Assembly (NCBI GenBank): GCA_041497675.1 | Contig: JBGQGY010000001.1 | Location: forward strand, 1-64,000 | Length of the DNA stretch: 64,000 bases | Direction of reading: 5' to 3' | From: a bacterium | GTDB taxonomy: Bacteria; Sysuimicrobiota; Sysuimicrobiia; Sysuimicrobiales; Humicultoraceae | Shown: positions 39,380 through 50,472 of the stretch, in pieces | Layout: every line of letters begins with the position of its first letter | Numbering within the stretch: position 1 is the first letter of the stretch | Position numbers and translations under genes: made by a program | The notes under the pieces: model-generated | What the model was told of the DNA's origin: nothing | What the model saw: only the letters and a program-made list of their open reading frames with translations | Databases searched by the model: none

Positions 39380-40212
39380 GGCGTCCACGGACGGCGCTGG
39401 TCTTACTGGTGGTCGTTGCGGCGCTCGCGCTGTTTTTCCGCTCGCGCCAGCCACGCGAGGCGTCGGCCCCGCAGCCGCGGACCCCGGCCCCGCAGACAGC
39501 ACCGGCACCCGTGCCGGATCTCGGCGGGCGGGAGATCAAGATCGGCAGCGACACGACGTATCCGCCGTTCGAAGTCGTGGACGCCGACAAGACCATCGTC
39601 GGGTTCGATCCCGACATGATGGATGAGATCTGCAAGCGGGCCCACTGCAAGCCGAAGTTCACCACGACGGCATGGGGAGGCATTTTCGTCGCGCTGTCGC
39701 AGGGCCAGTTCGACGCGGTCGCGTCCGGCGTCACCATCAACGATGAGCGGCGGAAGACGGTCGATTTTAGCGAGCCGTATCTTCGGTACGGCCAGGTCGT
39801 GCTCGTGCGCGCCGATGAGTCGGCGATCGACGGTGTTGACGGGCTGCGCGGCCGTACGGTGGGCGTCCAGACGGGGACGACCAACGACGACAAGGCCACC
39901 GCGTTGCAGCGTGAGGGAAAGGTCGGCACGGTTCGCCGCTACGACAACTTTGCGCTCGTGGTGAAGGCGTTGCTCAACAAGGATATCGACGCGGTGGTGA
40001 TCGACAGTTTTGCCGCCGATGGGTTCATCCAGCTCCATCAGGGTCAGTTGAAGAAGGTGGGCCCGCCGTTCACCAGCGAGGCCCTTGGGATCGCGCTCAA
40101 ACAGGGCGAGGCGACGCTCAAGCCGGCCTTTGACGCGGCGCTCGCGCAGATGAAGGCCGACGGGACGCTCGACGCGCTCTACAAGAAATGGTTCGTGGAA
40201 CACCCCCCCTAA
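39376..40212 (+). CDS. Polar amino acid ABC transporter substrate-binding protein
   Basis: [32 protein letters not shown]. Confidence 0.9.
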   Translation: MRRPRTALVLLVVVAALALFFRSRQPREASAPQPRTPAPQTAPAPVPDLGGREIKIGSDTTYPPFEVVDADKTIVGFDPDMMDEICKRAHCKPKFTTTAWGGIFVALSQGQFDAVASGVTINDERRKTVDFSEPYLRYGQVVLVRADESAIDGVDGLRGRTVGVQTGTTNDDKATALQREGKVGTVRRYDNFALVVKALLNKDIDAVVIDSFAADGFIQLHQGQLKKVGPPFTSEALGIALKQGEATLKPAFDAALAQMKADGTLDALYKKWFVEHPP

Positions 40213-40241
40213 GCCGTAAGCGCGCGTGTAACGGCGACGCC

Positions 40242-40271
40242 TTGCGTTGCCTCAGGCAGCCTCCGTATAAT
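40242..40271 (+). promoter_or_regulatory. Sigma70-type promoter of tRNA-Val
   Basis: TTGCGT-N18-TATAAT. Confidence 0.7.
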
Positions 40272-40283
40272 GAATGGCGCATT

Positions 40284-40358
40284 GGGCGCTTAGCTCAGGG
40301 GTAGAGCACCATCCTGACGCGATGGGGGTCGCAGGTTCAAATCCTGCAGCGCCCACCA
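40284..40358 (+). tRNA. tRNA-Val (GAC)
   Basis: GGGCGCT/AGCGCCC acceptor stem, CCATC-CTGACGC-GATGG anticodon arm, GGTTCAAATCC T-arm, encoded CCA. Confidence 0.96.
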
Positions 40359-40398
40359 ACAACCGAACAATCGTTCGCTGCGACAGATGCGAGAGTTC

Positions 40399-40433
40399 AA
40401 AGAAACGACCGTGCGCGAAACGGTCGTTCTTTT
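40399..40433. terminator. Intrinsic (probably bidirectional) terminator
   Basis: AAAGAAACGACCGT...ACGGTCGTTCTTTT between the convergent tRNA and SnoaL-like genes. Confidence 0.75.
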
Positions 40434-40494
40434 GTCGTCAGTCCATTCTCCAGGTACGGGATGAGCGATCCACGAGCCCTTCCTCGGGTAGATT

Positions 40495-40882
40495 CTAGAA
40501 CATCGTATTGGTGTTTGCGGCGGTTTCCGGGACTTCCTTCGAGGACGTCCCAATGCTCGACAATCTTGCCGTTCTCCAGTCGGAAGATGTCGATTACAGC
40601 CATCCCGCGGTCCCCTGGTTGTCGCACGAAATGGCTGTGCTGAACGACTAGGTCCCCTTCCGCGACCTGCCGCTTGATCGTGACCTGCAACTGGGGGAAC
40701 GCGCCTGCAAAGCCGCGTACGACCTGGATGAACGGCTCCGGTCCATCGCCTGCTTGGGGATTGTGCTGCCGGTAGTACGGGCCGATGTACCGCTTCACCG
40801 CATCTTCCGGCCGCCCTTGGTTGATGGCGAGTTCGCAAAACTCACGGACGATCCGCTTGTTCGCGTCTAGCTGGCCATTCAT
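40495..40882 (-). pseudogene. SnoaL-like / NTF2-fold protein with a frameshift near the C-terminus
   Basis: YRQHNP, AEGDLV, DIFRLENGKIVEHWDVL; family-typical tail EVPETAANTNTMF* lies in the +1 frame after ~40540. Confidence 0.7.
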
Positions 40883-41043
40883 GGTTGTCCCTCCATAACT
40901 AGGGTAGGAGTCTTGCTCTCTTCTGGCGTGTTACTCTCCAAACGATGCATACTTATCGTAGGAGAGCAAAAGGAGTGCTACAAAGCGTGAGAAATCAGGT
41001 CCACACCGGATGGATTCCGGCGTCCTCCCATCGATAATGGTCC

Positions 41044-41080
41044 TTAGGGCGTCCTAATCAATCTCGTTAGGAGGTCCTCA
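41044..41080 (+). promoter_or_regulatory. Tandem DtxR/MntR-family operator boxes upstream of feoB
   Basis: TTAGG-GCGT-CCTAA (41044-41057) and TTAGG-AGGT-CCTCA (41067-41080), just after a GATAAT -10-like element. Confidence 0.75.
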
Positions 41081-41101
41081 GGGTCGGAACCGGAGGACGT
41101 C

Positions 41102-43084
41102 ATGTCAGGTTGTCACGATGTCGCGACTGTTGAGGCGGGCACGAATTCCCGGTTGCCGAGCGTTGCGCTGCTCGGGCACCACAACGTCGGCAAGTCCGTT
41201 TTATTTCAGCGCCTGACCGGCCGATTTGCCTCCGTCGCCAACTACCCGGGAACCACGGTGGAGGTCGCCCAGGGCACGTCGCGCGCGTTGGGCGGCATTC
41301 CGGTATTTGACACCCCAGGCGTCCTGGGGTTTCCCGCACGCTCAGAGGACGAGCAGGCCACGACTCGGGTGCTCCTTTTCGAGCCGCTGAAGGCGATCGT
41401 GCAGGTCGGCGACGCGAAGAACCTCCGGCGCACGCTGCTGCTGACCGTCCAACTCGCCGAGATGGGCGTGCCGTTGGTCCTGGCGTTAAACATGATGGAC
41501 GAAGCCGGAGCGCGCGGCGTGCGCGTGGAGAGCGAGCGCTTGAGTCAGCGGCTCGGCCTTCCCGTGCTGCAGACTGTCGCCATCACCGGCACCGGCGTGG
41601 ACGCGCTCGCCGGCGCGGTGTGTGAGGTAGGCCTGCCGCGGCTGCACCTGACCTACGGTGCGGAGATCGAGGACGCGCTGGCCGAGATCGGCCCGCAACT
41701 GCCGCCTGCGCCGATCTCGCCGCGGGCACTGGCGCTGCTGTGGCTGAGCCGCGACCACGTGATCGAGTCGTGGGCGGCGGAGCGGCTCGACAACGAGGTG
41801 TACCGGCGTCTCGTGGCGCGCCGCGAGGCGCTGCAGCTGTCCTTCACGGGGCCGATTGCCGAAGTCATCCAGCGCGCCCGTCTCGCTTGGGTCGCCGCGG
41901 TTGCCGCCTCGGTCATCACAGCCGAGGGAAACTGGTGGACCGGTCTGGGAGCGACGCTGGGACGGCTGGCCGCGCACCCGCTGTGGGGGCTGCCGATTCT
42001 TGCCGGTGTGTTGTACGGGGTGTACTGGTTCGTGGGCGTCTTCGGCGCCGGGACCCTTGTTGGTCTCCTGGAGGAACAGCTCTTCGGCGAGATCCTCAAC
42101 CCTCGCATCACGGCGTGGGTGGGCCGGGTCATTCCGATCAAGGTGGCTGCCGACTTCTTGGTCGGCGAGTACGGGCTCTGGACGATGGGCATGACCTATG
42201 CCCTGGCGCTCATCCTGCCCATCGTCACGACGTTCTTCGCCGTGTTCGGTGTGCTTGAGGACTCGGGATACCTACCCCGCCTCGCTGTGCTGAGCAACCG
42301 GATCTTTCGTGTGCTCGGTCTCAACGGGAAGGCGGTGCTTCCCATGGTGCTCGGCCTGGGCTGCGTGACCATGGCCACCCTCACGACGAGAATCCTGGAG
42401 AGCCGCCGTGACCGTCTCCTGGTGATCCTGCTGCTCGCGCTGGCTGTGCCCTGTTCGGCGCAGCTCGGCGTGGTGATGGGCATGCTGGCCAGCATCTCGC
42501 TCGCAGCGACGATGATCTGGGGTGGCGTGATTGGGCTCGTGCTGCTGGCGGTGGGATGGCTCGCCGCGCGCTTGGTGCCAGGGGAGCGGTCGTTTCTCGT
42601 GCTGGAGTTGCCGCCGCTGCGACGCCCGTCGCTCGCCGGGGTGGCGGCAAAGACCGCTGCGCGGCTTGAGTGGTATCTGAAGGAAGCCTTGCCGCTCTTT
42701 CTCGCCGGCTCGGCGCTCGTGTTCCTCATGGATCGGGTGGGAGCGCTGCCGGCGCTCACCCGGGCCGCGGAGCCGCTCGTCACCGGATGGTTGGGGCTTC
42801 CTCCTCAGGCGAGCGCGGCATTCCTGATGGGCTTCCTGCGGCGCGACTTCGGGGCCACCGGCCTGTTCGCCCTAGAGTCGCAGGGACTGCTGACGCCGCT
42901 GCAGGTCGTGGTGGCGATGGTCACCATCACCTTGTTCATCCCCTGTTTCGCCAGCGTGCTGATCATCGCCAAGGAGCGCGGGTCCCGGACCGCGGCGGCG
43001 GTGACGGCGCTGGTCTTTCCGCTGGCGTTCGTGGTGGGTGGCGTGCTGTACAGAATCCTCGGCGCGCTGGGGTGGGGCTCGTGA
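41102..43084 (+). CDS. feoB: Ferrous iron transport protein B
   Basis: GHHNVGKS, VANYPGTTVE, DTPG, NMMD, LEDSGYLPR, PCSAQ, ELP. Confidence 0.95.
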   Translation: MSGCHDVATVEAGTNSRLPSVALLGHHNVGKSVLFQRLTGRFASVANYPGTTVEVAQGTSRALGGIPVFDTPGVLGFPARSEDEQATTRVLLFEPLKAIVQVGDAKNLRRTLLLTVQLAEMGVPLVLALNMMDEAGARGVRVESERLSQRLGLPVLQTVAITGTGVDALAGAVCEVGLPRLHLTYGAEIEDALAEIGPQLPPAPISPRALALLWLSRDHVIESWAAERLDNEVYRRLVARREALQLSFTGPIAEVIQRARLAWVAAVAASVITAEGNWWTGLGATLGRLAAHPLWGLPILAGVLYGVYWFVGVFGAGTLVGLLEEQLFGEILNPRITAWVGRVIPIKVAADFLVGEYGLWTMGMTYALALILPIVTTFFAVFGVLEDSGYLPRLAVLSNRIFRVLGLNGKAVLPMVLGLGCVTMATLTTRILESRRDRLLVILLLALAVPCSAQLGVVMGMLASISLAATMIWGGVIGLVLLAVGWLAARLVPGERSFLVLELPPLRRPSLAGVAAKTAARLEWYLKEALPLFLAGSALVFLMDRVGALPALTRAAEPLVTGWLGLPPQASAAFLMGFLRRDFGATGLFALESQGLLTPLQVVVAMVTITLFIPCFASVLIIAKERGSRTAAAVTALVFPLAFVVGGVLYRILGALGWGS

Positions 43085-43557
43085 GGGTACCCCTGATGAC
43101 TTGCTCGATGTGCGGCCATGTCTACGATCCAGCCGACGCGCAGGCTTGCGCTGCGTGCCCGCTGCACACAGGCTGCGCAATGACGTGCTGCCCGGCGTGC
43201 GGGTACACCGCGGTCGACCCCAACCGGTCCACGCTCGCGCGTTGGTTCGCCGGCATCTTCGGCGGGCACACGATTGTGGGTCGGACCGGTACGCACGGGA
43301 CGGAGTGGGACGGTCCGCGGCCCGACCTCATGCTTGCCGACCTATCTCCCGGCGACGAAGCTAGCGTGGTGGACTTCGAGGGGCCCGCCGCGGATAGGCG
43401 CGCGCAGTTGCAGGCGTATGGGCTCGTGCCGGGCCGCCGGCTGCGCGTCGTTCAACAGCGACCGGTTACGGTACTGCTGGTGGATCACACCGAGCTTGCC
43501 ATTGAAGGGGATCTGGCCCGAGGTATCAGGGTGCAACGGCCGGCACTAACCGCGTGA
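43081..43557 (+). CDS. feoA: FeoA domain protein with N-terminal 8-Cys domain
   Basis: CxxC...CxxC...C...CCxxC then LADLSPG...LQAYGLVPG...LARGIRV; GTGA overlap with feoB. Confidence 0.85.
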   Translation: MRVPLMTCSMCGHVYDPADAQACAACPLHTGCAMTCCPACGYTAVDPNRSTLARWFAGIFGGHTIVGRTGTHGTEWDGPRPDLMLADLSPGDEASVVDFEGPAADRRAQLQAYGLVPGRRLRVVQQRPVTVLLVDHTELAIEGDLARGIRVQRPALTA

Positions 43558-43815
43558 GCGAACGCTCGCGAGATTCGTTAGGTCTTCCATTCGTGCGGTA
43601 TCTCGAGTCACCGAGCCGTGCGAGGGAGCGCATCACGTGCCGGTTGCTTTTCCAGCATCAGTTCGACTAGAGTGGACCTGCGTTACGGGCGCGCTAGTCG
43701 CTGGCGCGCGCCGACTGGGACTGTTCGCTCTTAAGCGCCAGGTTGGAAGATCTCTGATCAGGTCCACCAGATTTTCCCCCCGCATACGAGTCGCTAAGAG
43801 AGGCACGCAATCGTC

Positions 43816-44781
43816 ATGACACGTCTGTATCCAGAGATCGAACCGTACGAACATGGCATGTTGGAGGTGGGTGACGGCAACCGCGTGTACTGGGAGACAT
43901 GCGGCGATCCTCGCGGCAAGCCGGCCGTCGTCTTGCACGGTGGTCCGGGTTCGGGATGTGTGGAGTGGCACCGCAGGCTATTCGATCCCACTGCCTATCG
44001 CGTCGTGTTGTTCGATCAGCGAGGCTGCGGGCGAAGCACGCCACACGCAAGCGCCCCCGATACGGACCTGGCGAGCAACCACACCGCACACCTGATCGCG
44101 GACATTGAACTGTTGCGTCAACACCTGGATGTCGACCGATGGTTGGCATTCGGCGGATCCTGGGGCAGCACGTTGGCGCTCGCCTACGCCGAAACGTATC
44201 CGGATCGGGTCACGGAGATGATCTTGTTTGGTGTGACGACCGGACGCCACAGCGAGTTTGACTGGACGTTCCGTGGCGGTGTAGCCGTCTTTTTCCCCGA
44301 GCAATGGGACCGTCTCCGCGCTGCCGTGCCGGTCGCCAAACGAGACGGCGATCTCGTCGAGGCCTACCACCGATTGCTGAACGATCCCGACCACACGGTC
44401 CGCCGGCAAGCCGCCGAGGCCTGGTGCATGTGGGAATCGGCGACACCCGCGTGGCCTCCGACGACTGGACTCGCCGAACGATTCACCAATCCCACCTTTG
44501 CGATGGCGTTTGCGCGCATCGTGACCCACTACGTCCGGCACAATGCATGGCTGGAAGACGGGCGCTTGCTCCGCGACGCCGGCTCGCTGGCCGGAATCCC
44601 CGGGACACTGGTGAACGGACGCTTTGATTTTCAAGCACCGATCGCCAACGCGTGGGAGCTCAAGCGCGTGTGGCCACGCGCCGAGCTCGTGATCGTTGAC
44701 GACGCTGGCCACGGCGCCAAGCACCCGGGCCTCACCCAAGAACTGATCCGCGCCACCGACCAATTCGCAAGGCTCCGATAG
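43816..44781 (+). CDS. pip: Prolyl aminopeptidase
   Basis: LYPEIEPY, LHGGPG, DQRGCGRS, GGSWGSTL, AGH. Confidence 0.93.
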   Translation: MTRLYPEIEPYEHGMLEVGDGNRVYWETCGDPRGKPAVVLHGGPGSGCVEWHRRLFDPTAYRVVLFDQRGCGRSTPHASAPDTDLASNHTAHLIADIELLRQHLDVDRWLAFGGSWGSTLALAYAETYPDRVTEMILFGVTTGRHSEFDWTFRGGVAVFFPEQWDRLRAAVPVAKRDGDLVEAYHRLLNDPDHTVRRQAAEAWCMWESATPAWPPTTGLAERFTNPTFAMAFARIVTHYVRHNAWLEDGRLLRDAGSLAGIPGTLVNGRFDFQAPIANAWELKRVWPRAELVIVDDAGHGAKHPGLTQELIRATDQFARLR

Positions 44782-44862
44782 GGTATGATGGTAACCGTGC
44801 CGGTCATATCGGGAGAGGATGTCGGGAACTCGGTCCGGACCGAGTTGGGCACCGGTGCGTCT

Positions 44863-46620
<1,758 letters not shown>

Positions 46621-46639
46621 CGACCCAGGAGGGGATACG

Positions 46640-47023
46640 ATGAAGTACCGCTTTCATCACATCCACGTGATCTGCCGCGACCTGCCGGCCAGTGAGGCGT
46701 TCTTCGCGAACGACCTGGGGGCCACGCTTGTTGAGCGCCGCAAGTTTGGGACTGCCGATGGAGCGATCATCGACCTCGACGGGACGCGCATCTACCTCCG
46801 CGCGCGCCGGGAGGGCGACGCCATCACGGGTGACTCCACCAACGCGCGGTTTGGTTACGACCATATCGGACTTCAGGTCGACGACCTCGATGCCGCGTAC
46901 AAGGCCCTGTCAGGGAAAGGGTACGTCTTTTTCATGCCTCCCCAGCAGCAAGGGGACATGCGGATCGCGTTTCTCAAAGGACCGGACAACATCACCATCG
47001 AGCTCCTCCAACCCCTCGGCTGA
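46640..47023 (+). CDS. VOC/glyoxalase family protein
   Basis: FHHIHV, DHIGLQVDDLD, GPDNITIEL; AGGAGG RBS. Confidence 0.9.
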   Translation: MKYRFHHIHVICRDLPASEAFFANDLGATLVERRKFGTADGAIIDLDGTRIYLRARREGDAITGDSTNARFGYDHIGLQVDDLDAAYKALSGKGYVFFMPPQQQGDMRIAFLKGPDNITIELLQPLG

Positions 47024-47041
47024 CTATCGCTTCAATTTCCC

Positions 47042-47833
47042 TCAGTCGAGCGCCTCGTCCTTGACGGGAACAGTGTAGTTGAGTCCGAGCCGACCGCCGT
47101 CGGCGTAGATGGTCTGGCTGGTGACATAGCTCGCATCCGCCGAGGCGAGGAAGCAGGCGACGGCGGCGATCTCATCTGGGTCGCCGATGCGCCCGAGCGG
47201 CGTGCGCGTGAGCAGCCGGCGTTTTGCCTCTTTATCGGTCGCCACGGCCTGCAGGATTTCGGTCTGGATGGAGCCGGGGCCGATGGCGTTCACCCGAATG
47301 CCGAACGGCGCGAGCGACAGCGCCATGACCTTCGTGAGTTGGTCGAGCCCGCCCTTGGACACGCAATACGGCACCTGGTTGGGAATCGCGACGACGGCAT
47401 TAATGGAACTCATGTTGATGATCGTGCCGGGAGGCCTGCCCGCCTTCACCTGCGCCACCATCTGTCGTGCCGCCGCCTGACCGACCAGGAACGCCCCCTT
47501 GAGGTTGGTCCGGAGTACGCGATCGAAGTCGGCTTCTGAGACGTCGAGAAAATCGGCGGAATGGACGATGCCGGCGTTGTTGACGAGGATGTCGACACCG
47601 CCCAGCGCCGATGCCCCAGCGACCAGCCTGCGCGCCTGGCCCGCGTCACCCACGTCGGTCATGATGAAGCGGCAGCGGTCGCCGAGCGCGGCCGCACTGG
47701 CCTCGCCGGTCTTCTGGTCGATGTCGCCGATGACGACCCTAGCGCCTTCCGCGACGTAGCGCTTGGCAATCGCAAATCCGATCCCGCGCGCCCCGCCGGT
47801 GACGATCGCGATCTTGTTGTCGAGTTTGCCCAT
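47042..47833 (-). CDS. Short-chain dehydrogenase/reductase
   Basis: TGGARGIG, NNAG, YCVSK, NAIGPG. Confidence 0.93.
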   Translation of the reverse strand: MGKLDNKIAIVTGGARGIGFAIAKRYVAEGARVVIGDIDQKTGEASAAALGDRCRFIMTDVGDAGQARRLVAGASALGGVDILVNNAGIVHSADFLDVSEADFDRVLRTNLKGAFLVGQAAARQMVAQVKAGRPPGTIINMSSINAVVAIPNQVPYCVSKGGLDQLTKVMALSLAPFGIRVNAIGPGSIQTEILQAVATDKEAKRRLLTRTPLGRIGDPDEIAAVACFLASADASYVTSQTIYADGGRLGLNYTVPVKDEALD

Positions 47834-47933
47834 GGGAATCTCAGTTCAAGACCCGTATTGCGCGCACCTTGTGGCGGCGTGAAACGGCCGCCCGGTCACA
47901 GGAGCCGGTGCACGCCGGACGAATTGAAGGTGC

Positions 47934-48608
47934 ATGGAATTCTATGACGTCATGCGTACGACGTTTTCCGCGCGTGAGTTCACCGCGGATCCGCTCCCAG
48001 ATGACACCCTCTTCAAGATCCTGAACGTCGCCCGATTCGCGCCCAGCGGCGGCAATCGGCAGGGGTGGCGCGTGGTGGTCGTGCGCGATCGCGCCACGCG
48101 TGAGGCGATCGCCGCGCTGAACGCCCCAACCGCCAGACGCTATATGGCGCAGGTGCATGCCGGCGAGAACCCCTGGAACACCATCGATCCCACGACGGTT
48201 GACGCGGCGACCATCGAGCAGACGCGGGTGCCGGCGCGGATGACCGAGCCGCTGCTCACGGCGCCGGCGGTCCTCATCCTCTGCGTCGATCTCAAGGTGG
48301 TGGCGTCGACGGATCAATATTTGAAACGGGTCGGCATCGTCAGCGGGGCGTCGATCTATCCCTTTGCGTGGAGCATCCTGCTGGCCGCGCGGCACGAGGG
48401 GTTTGGAGGCACCATCACCACGCTCGCGATCGCGCAGGAACCGCAACTGCAGTCGCTCCTGGGTATCCCCCCGCACGTCGCCGTATGCGCCATCATGCCG
48501 CTCGGCCGTCCGGTGCGCCAGCTGAGGCGGCTCAAGCGGAAGGCGGTCCCGGAATTTGCGATGCTCGAGCGCTGGGGTGGTCCGCCGCTGAACGTGGCCA
48601 GGCGCTGA
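47934..48608 (+). CDS. Nitroreductase family protein
   Basis: RFAPSGGNRQGW, ASIYPFAWSILLAAR..G. Confidence 0.9.
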   Translation: MEFYDVMRTTFSAREFTADPLPDDTLFKILNVARFAPSGGNRQGWRVVVVRDRATREAIAALNAPTARRYMAQVHAGENPWNTIDPTTVDAATIEQTRVPARMTEPLLTAPAVLILCVDLKVVASTDQYLKRVGIVSGASIYPFAWSILLAARHEGFGGTITTLAIAQEPQLQSLLGIPPHVAVCAIMPLGRPVRQLRRLKRKAVPEFAMLERWGGPPLNVARR

Positions 48609-48626
48609 TCCAGCGGATCTTCGGGT

Positions 48627-49571
48627 ATGGGGACGTATCTGCTCAAACGTCTACTGGGAAGCCTGCCGCTGATGCTGGGCGTCTCCATGCTCGTCTTTGG
48701 CATCCTCCAGGCCATGCCGGGCGGCCCCCTGGCGGTCTACCTGGACAATCCCTTCATCACCGGCAAAGACCTGGCCCTGCTCAAGCACCAGCTCGGTCTC
48801 GACCAGCCGGTGCACGTCCAGTACGTCAAGTGGTTTAGCGCCTTTCTGACCGGCCAATGGGGGATCAGCTTTTCGTCGGGCGAACCCGTGGCCAAACTTA
48901 TCAGCGCCCGGTTGCCCGCGACCGTTCTCCTGATGGGCACCGCCTTCGTCATTGCCACGATCTTTTCGGTCACGACAGGCGTGTACAGCGCCGTCCGACA
49001 CTACTCTGCCTTCGACTATAGTGTGACCGTCTTCTCACTCCTCGGGATCTCCATGCCGGTCTTCTGGTTTGGACTGATGCTGCAGCTACTGCTGGCCGTT
49101 CACCTCGGATGGCTACCCGTGGCCGGTTTTGGAGAGGCCGGGAACGTGGCGGACATCGTCCGTCATCTCGTTCTGCCGGCGACCGTGCTGTCGCTGCTGA
49201 GCGCCGGACGGTGGAGCCGGTACACGCGGGCGGGCGTCCTCGAGGTCCTCAGCCAAGACTACGTCCGCACCGCGCGGGCGAAGGGACTTCCGGAACGGGC
49301 GGTCATCTTTCGCCACGCGCTACGGACGAGTCTGACACCGGTCGTGACCATCATGGCGCTGGACCTCGCGGGGCTGTTCTCCGGCGCGGTGGTGACCGAG
49401 ACGGTGTTTGCCTGGCCGGGGATGGGGAGTCTTCTGATCCAATCGGTCTCGAAGGTGGACTACCCTGCCATCCTGGCGATCCTGATGGTCAGCTCGTTCG
49501 CCATCGTCCTGTCGAACCTACTCGCGGATGTGAGCTACAGCCTGCTCGACCCCAGGATCGTGTACCGCTAA
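48627..49571 (+). CDS. Peptide/nickel ABC transporter permease (OppB/DppB type)
   Basis: GLDQP, SMPVFW, DYVRTARAKGL, LDPRI. Confidence 0.93.
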   Translation: MGTYLLKRLLGSLPLMLGVSMLVFGILQAMPGGPLAVYLDNPFITGKDLALLKHQLGLDQPVHVQYVKWFSAFLTGQWGISFSSGEPVAKLISARLPATVLLMGTAFVIATIFSVTTGVYSAVRHYSAFDYSVTVFSLLGISMPVFWFGLMLQLLLAVHLGWLPVAGFGEAGNVADIVRHLVLPATVLSLLSAGRWSRYTRAGVLEVLSQDYVRTARAKGLPERAVIFRHALRTSLTPVVTIMALDLAGLFSGAVVTETVFAWPGMGSLLIQSVSKVDYPAILAILMVSSFAIVLSNLLADVSYSLLDPRIVYR

Positions 49572-49576
49572 CTGTT

Positions 49577-50446
49577 ATGAGCGCACACGTGGTTGCCACT
49601 CTCACCTCCAGTCTGTACGCCGACGCGTGGAAACGGTTCGTCAGGCACCGCCTCGCCTTGGGGGGACTGGTCGTCCTGTTGATCCTTGGAGGGGCCGCGC
49701 TGGGGGCGCCCATCCTCGCACGCTACGCGCCAAATCAGCTTGACCTCCGCAACATGGGGTCGCCGCCGTCGCGCGCACACTGGTTTGGCACCGACGACCT
49801 GGGGCGGGATGAATTCAGCCGATCGCTGCATGCGGGCCGTGTGTCGCTCTCCATCGGGATATTGAGCGCTTCGGTAGCCGCGCTCGTCGGCACCACTGTT
49901 GGGGCCTTCGCAGGATATTATGGGGGCATCGTGGAAAGCGCGCTGATGCGACTGGTGGACGTGGTGTTGTCCGTGCCGCCGCTTCCCCTCGTGATAGTCC
50001 TGTCGGCCATCACCAAGCCGACGCCCCTGATCCTGATTCTGATCATCGCCGGCATCGGGTGGATGGGGACGGCGCGCTTGGTGCGGAGTTCGCTGCTCAC
50101 GATCCGAGAGGGGGAGTACGTCGAAGCCGCCCGGGCGATGGGATGCAGCAGTCTGCGCATCATCCTCCGGCACGCACTACCGAACTGTCTTGCCCCGGTG
50201 ATCGTCGCGGGTACGCTCGCGGTCGGCAATGCGATCATCACTGAGTCGGTGCTGTCGTATCTCGGGGTTGGGGTGCAACCACCGACGGCGACCTGGGGGA
50301 ACATGCTCAAGAACGCGCAGTCGACGATGACGACCAGGCCGTGGTTGGCGATCTTCCCTGGGTTGTTCATCATGCTCAGCCTCCTCAGCGTGAATGCACT
50401 GGGTGATGGCCTGCGTGATGCGCTCGATGTCCGCTTGAAGACGTAG
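49577..50446 (+). CDS. Peptide/nickel ABC transporter permease (OppC/DppC type)
   Basis: HWFGTDDLGRD, EYVEAARAMG, LGDGLRDALD. Confidence 0.93.
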   Translation: MSAHVVATLTSSLYADAWKRFVRHRLALGGLVVLLILGGAALGAPILARYAPNQLDLRNMGSPPSRAHWFGTDDLGRDEFSRSLHAGRVSLSIGILSASVAALVGTTVGAFAGYYGGIVESALMRLVDVVLSVPPLPLVIVLSAITKPTPLILILIIAGIGWMGTARLVRSSLLTIREGEYVEAARAMGCSSLRIILRHALPNCLAPVIVAGTLAVGNAIITESVLSYLGVGVQPPTATWGNMLKNAQSTMTTRPWLAIFPGLFIMLSLLSVNALGDGLRDALDVRLKT

Positions 50447-50472
50447 TGTCTATCCGAAGGGGGGCACGGACG

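Noticed and set aside
40314..40320. G at position 37 of tRNA-Val(GAC)
   Set aside because: Still a purine and the cloverleaf is otherwise canonical
43558..43815. Intergenic stretch after feoA with short hairpins and a TTAGG half-site
   Set aside because: No complete operator, ncRNA or coding signature
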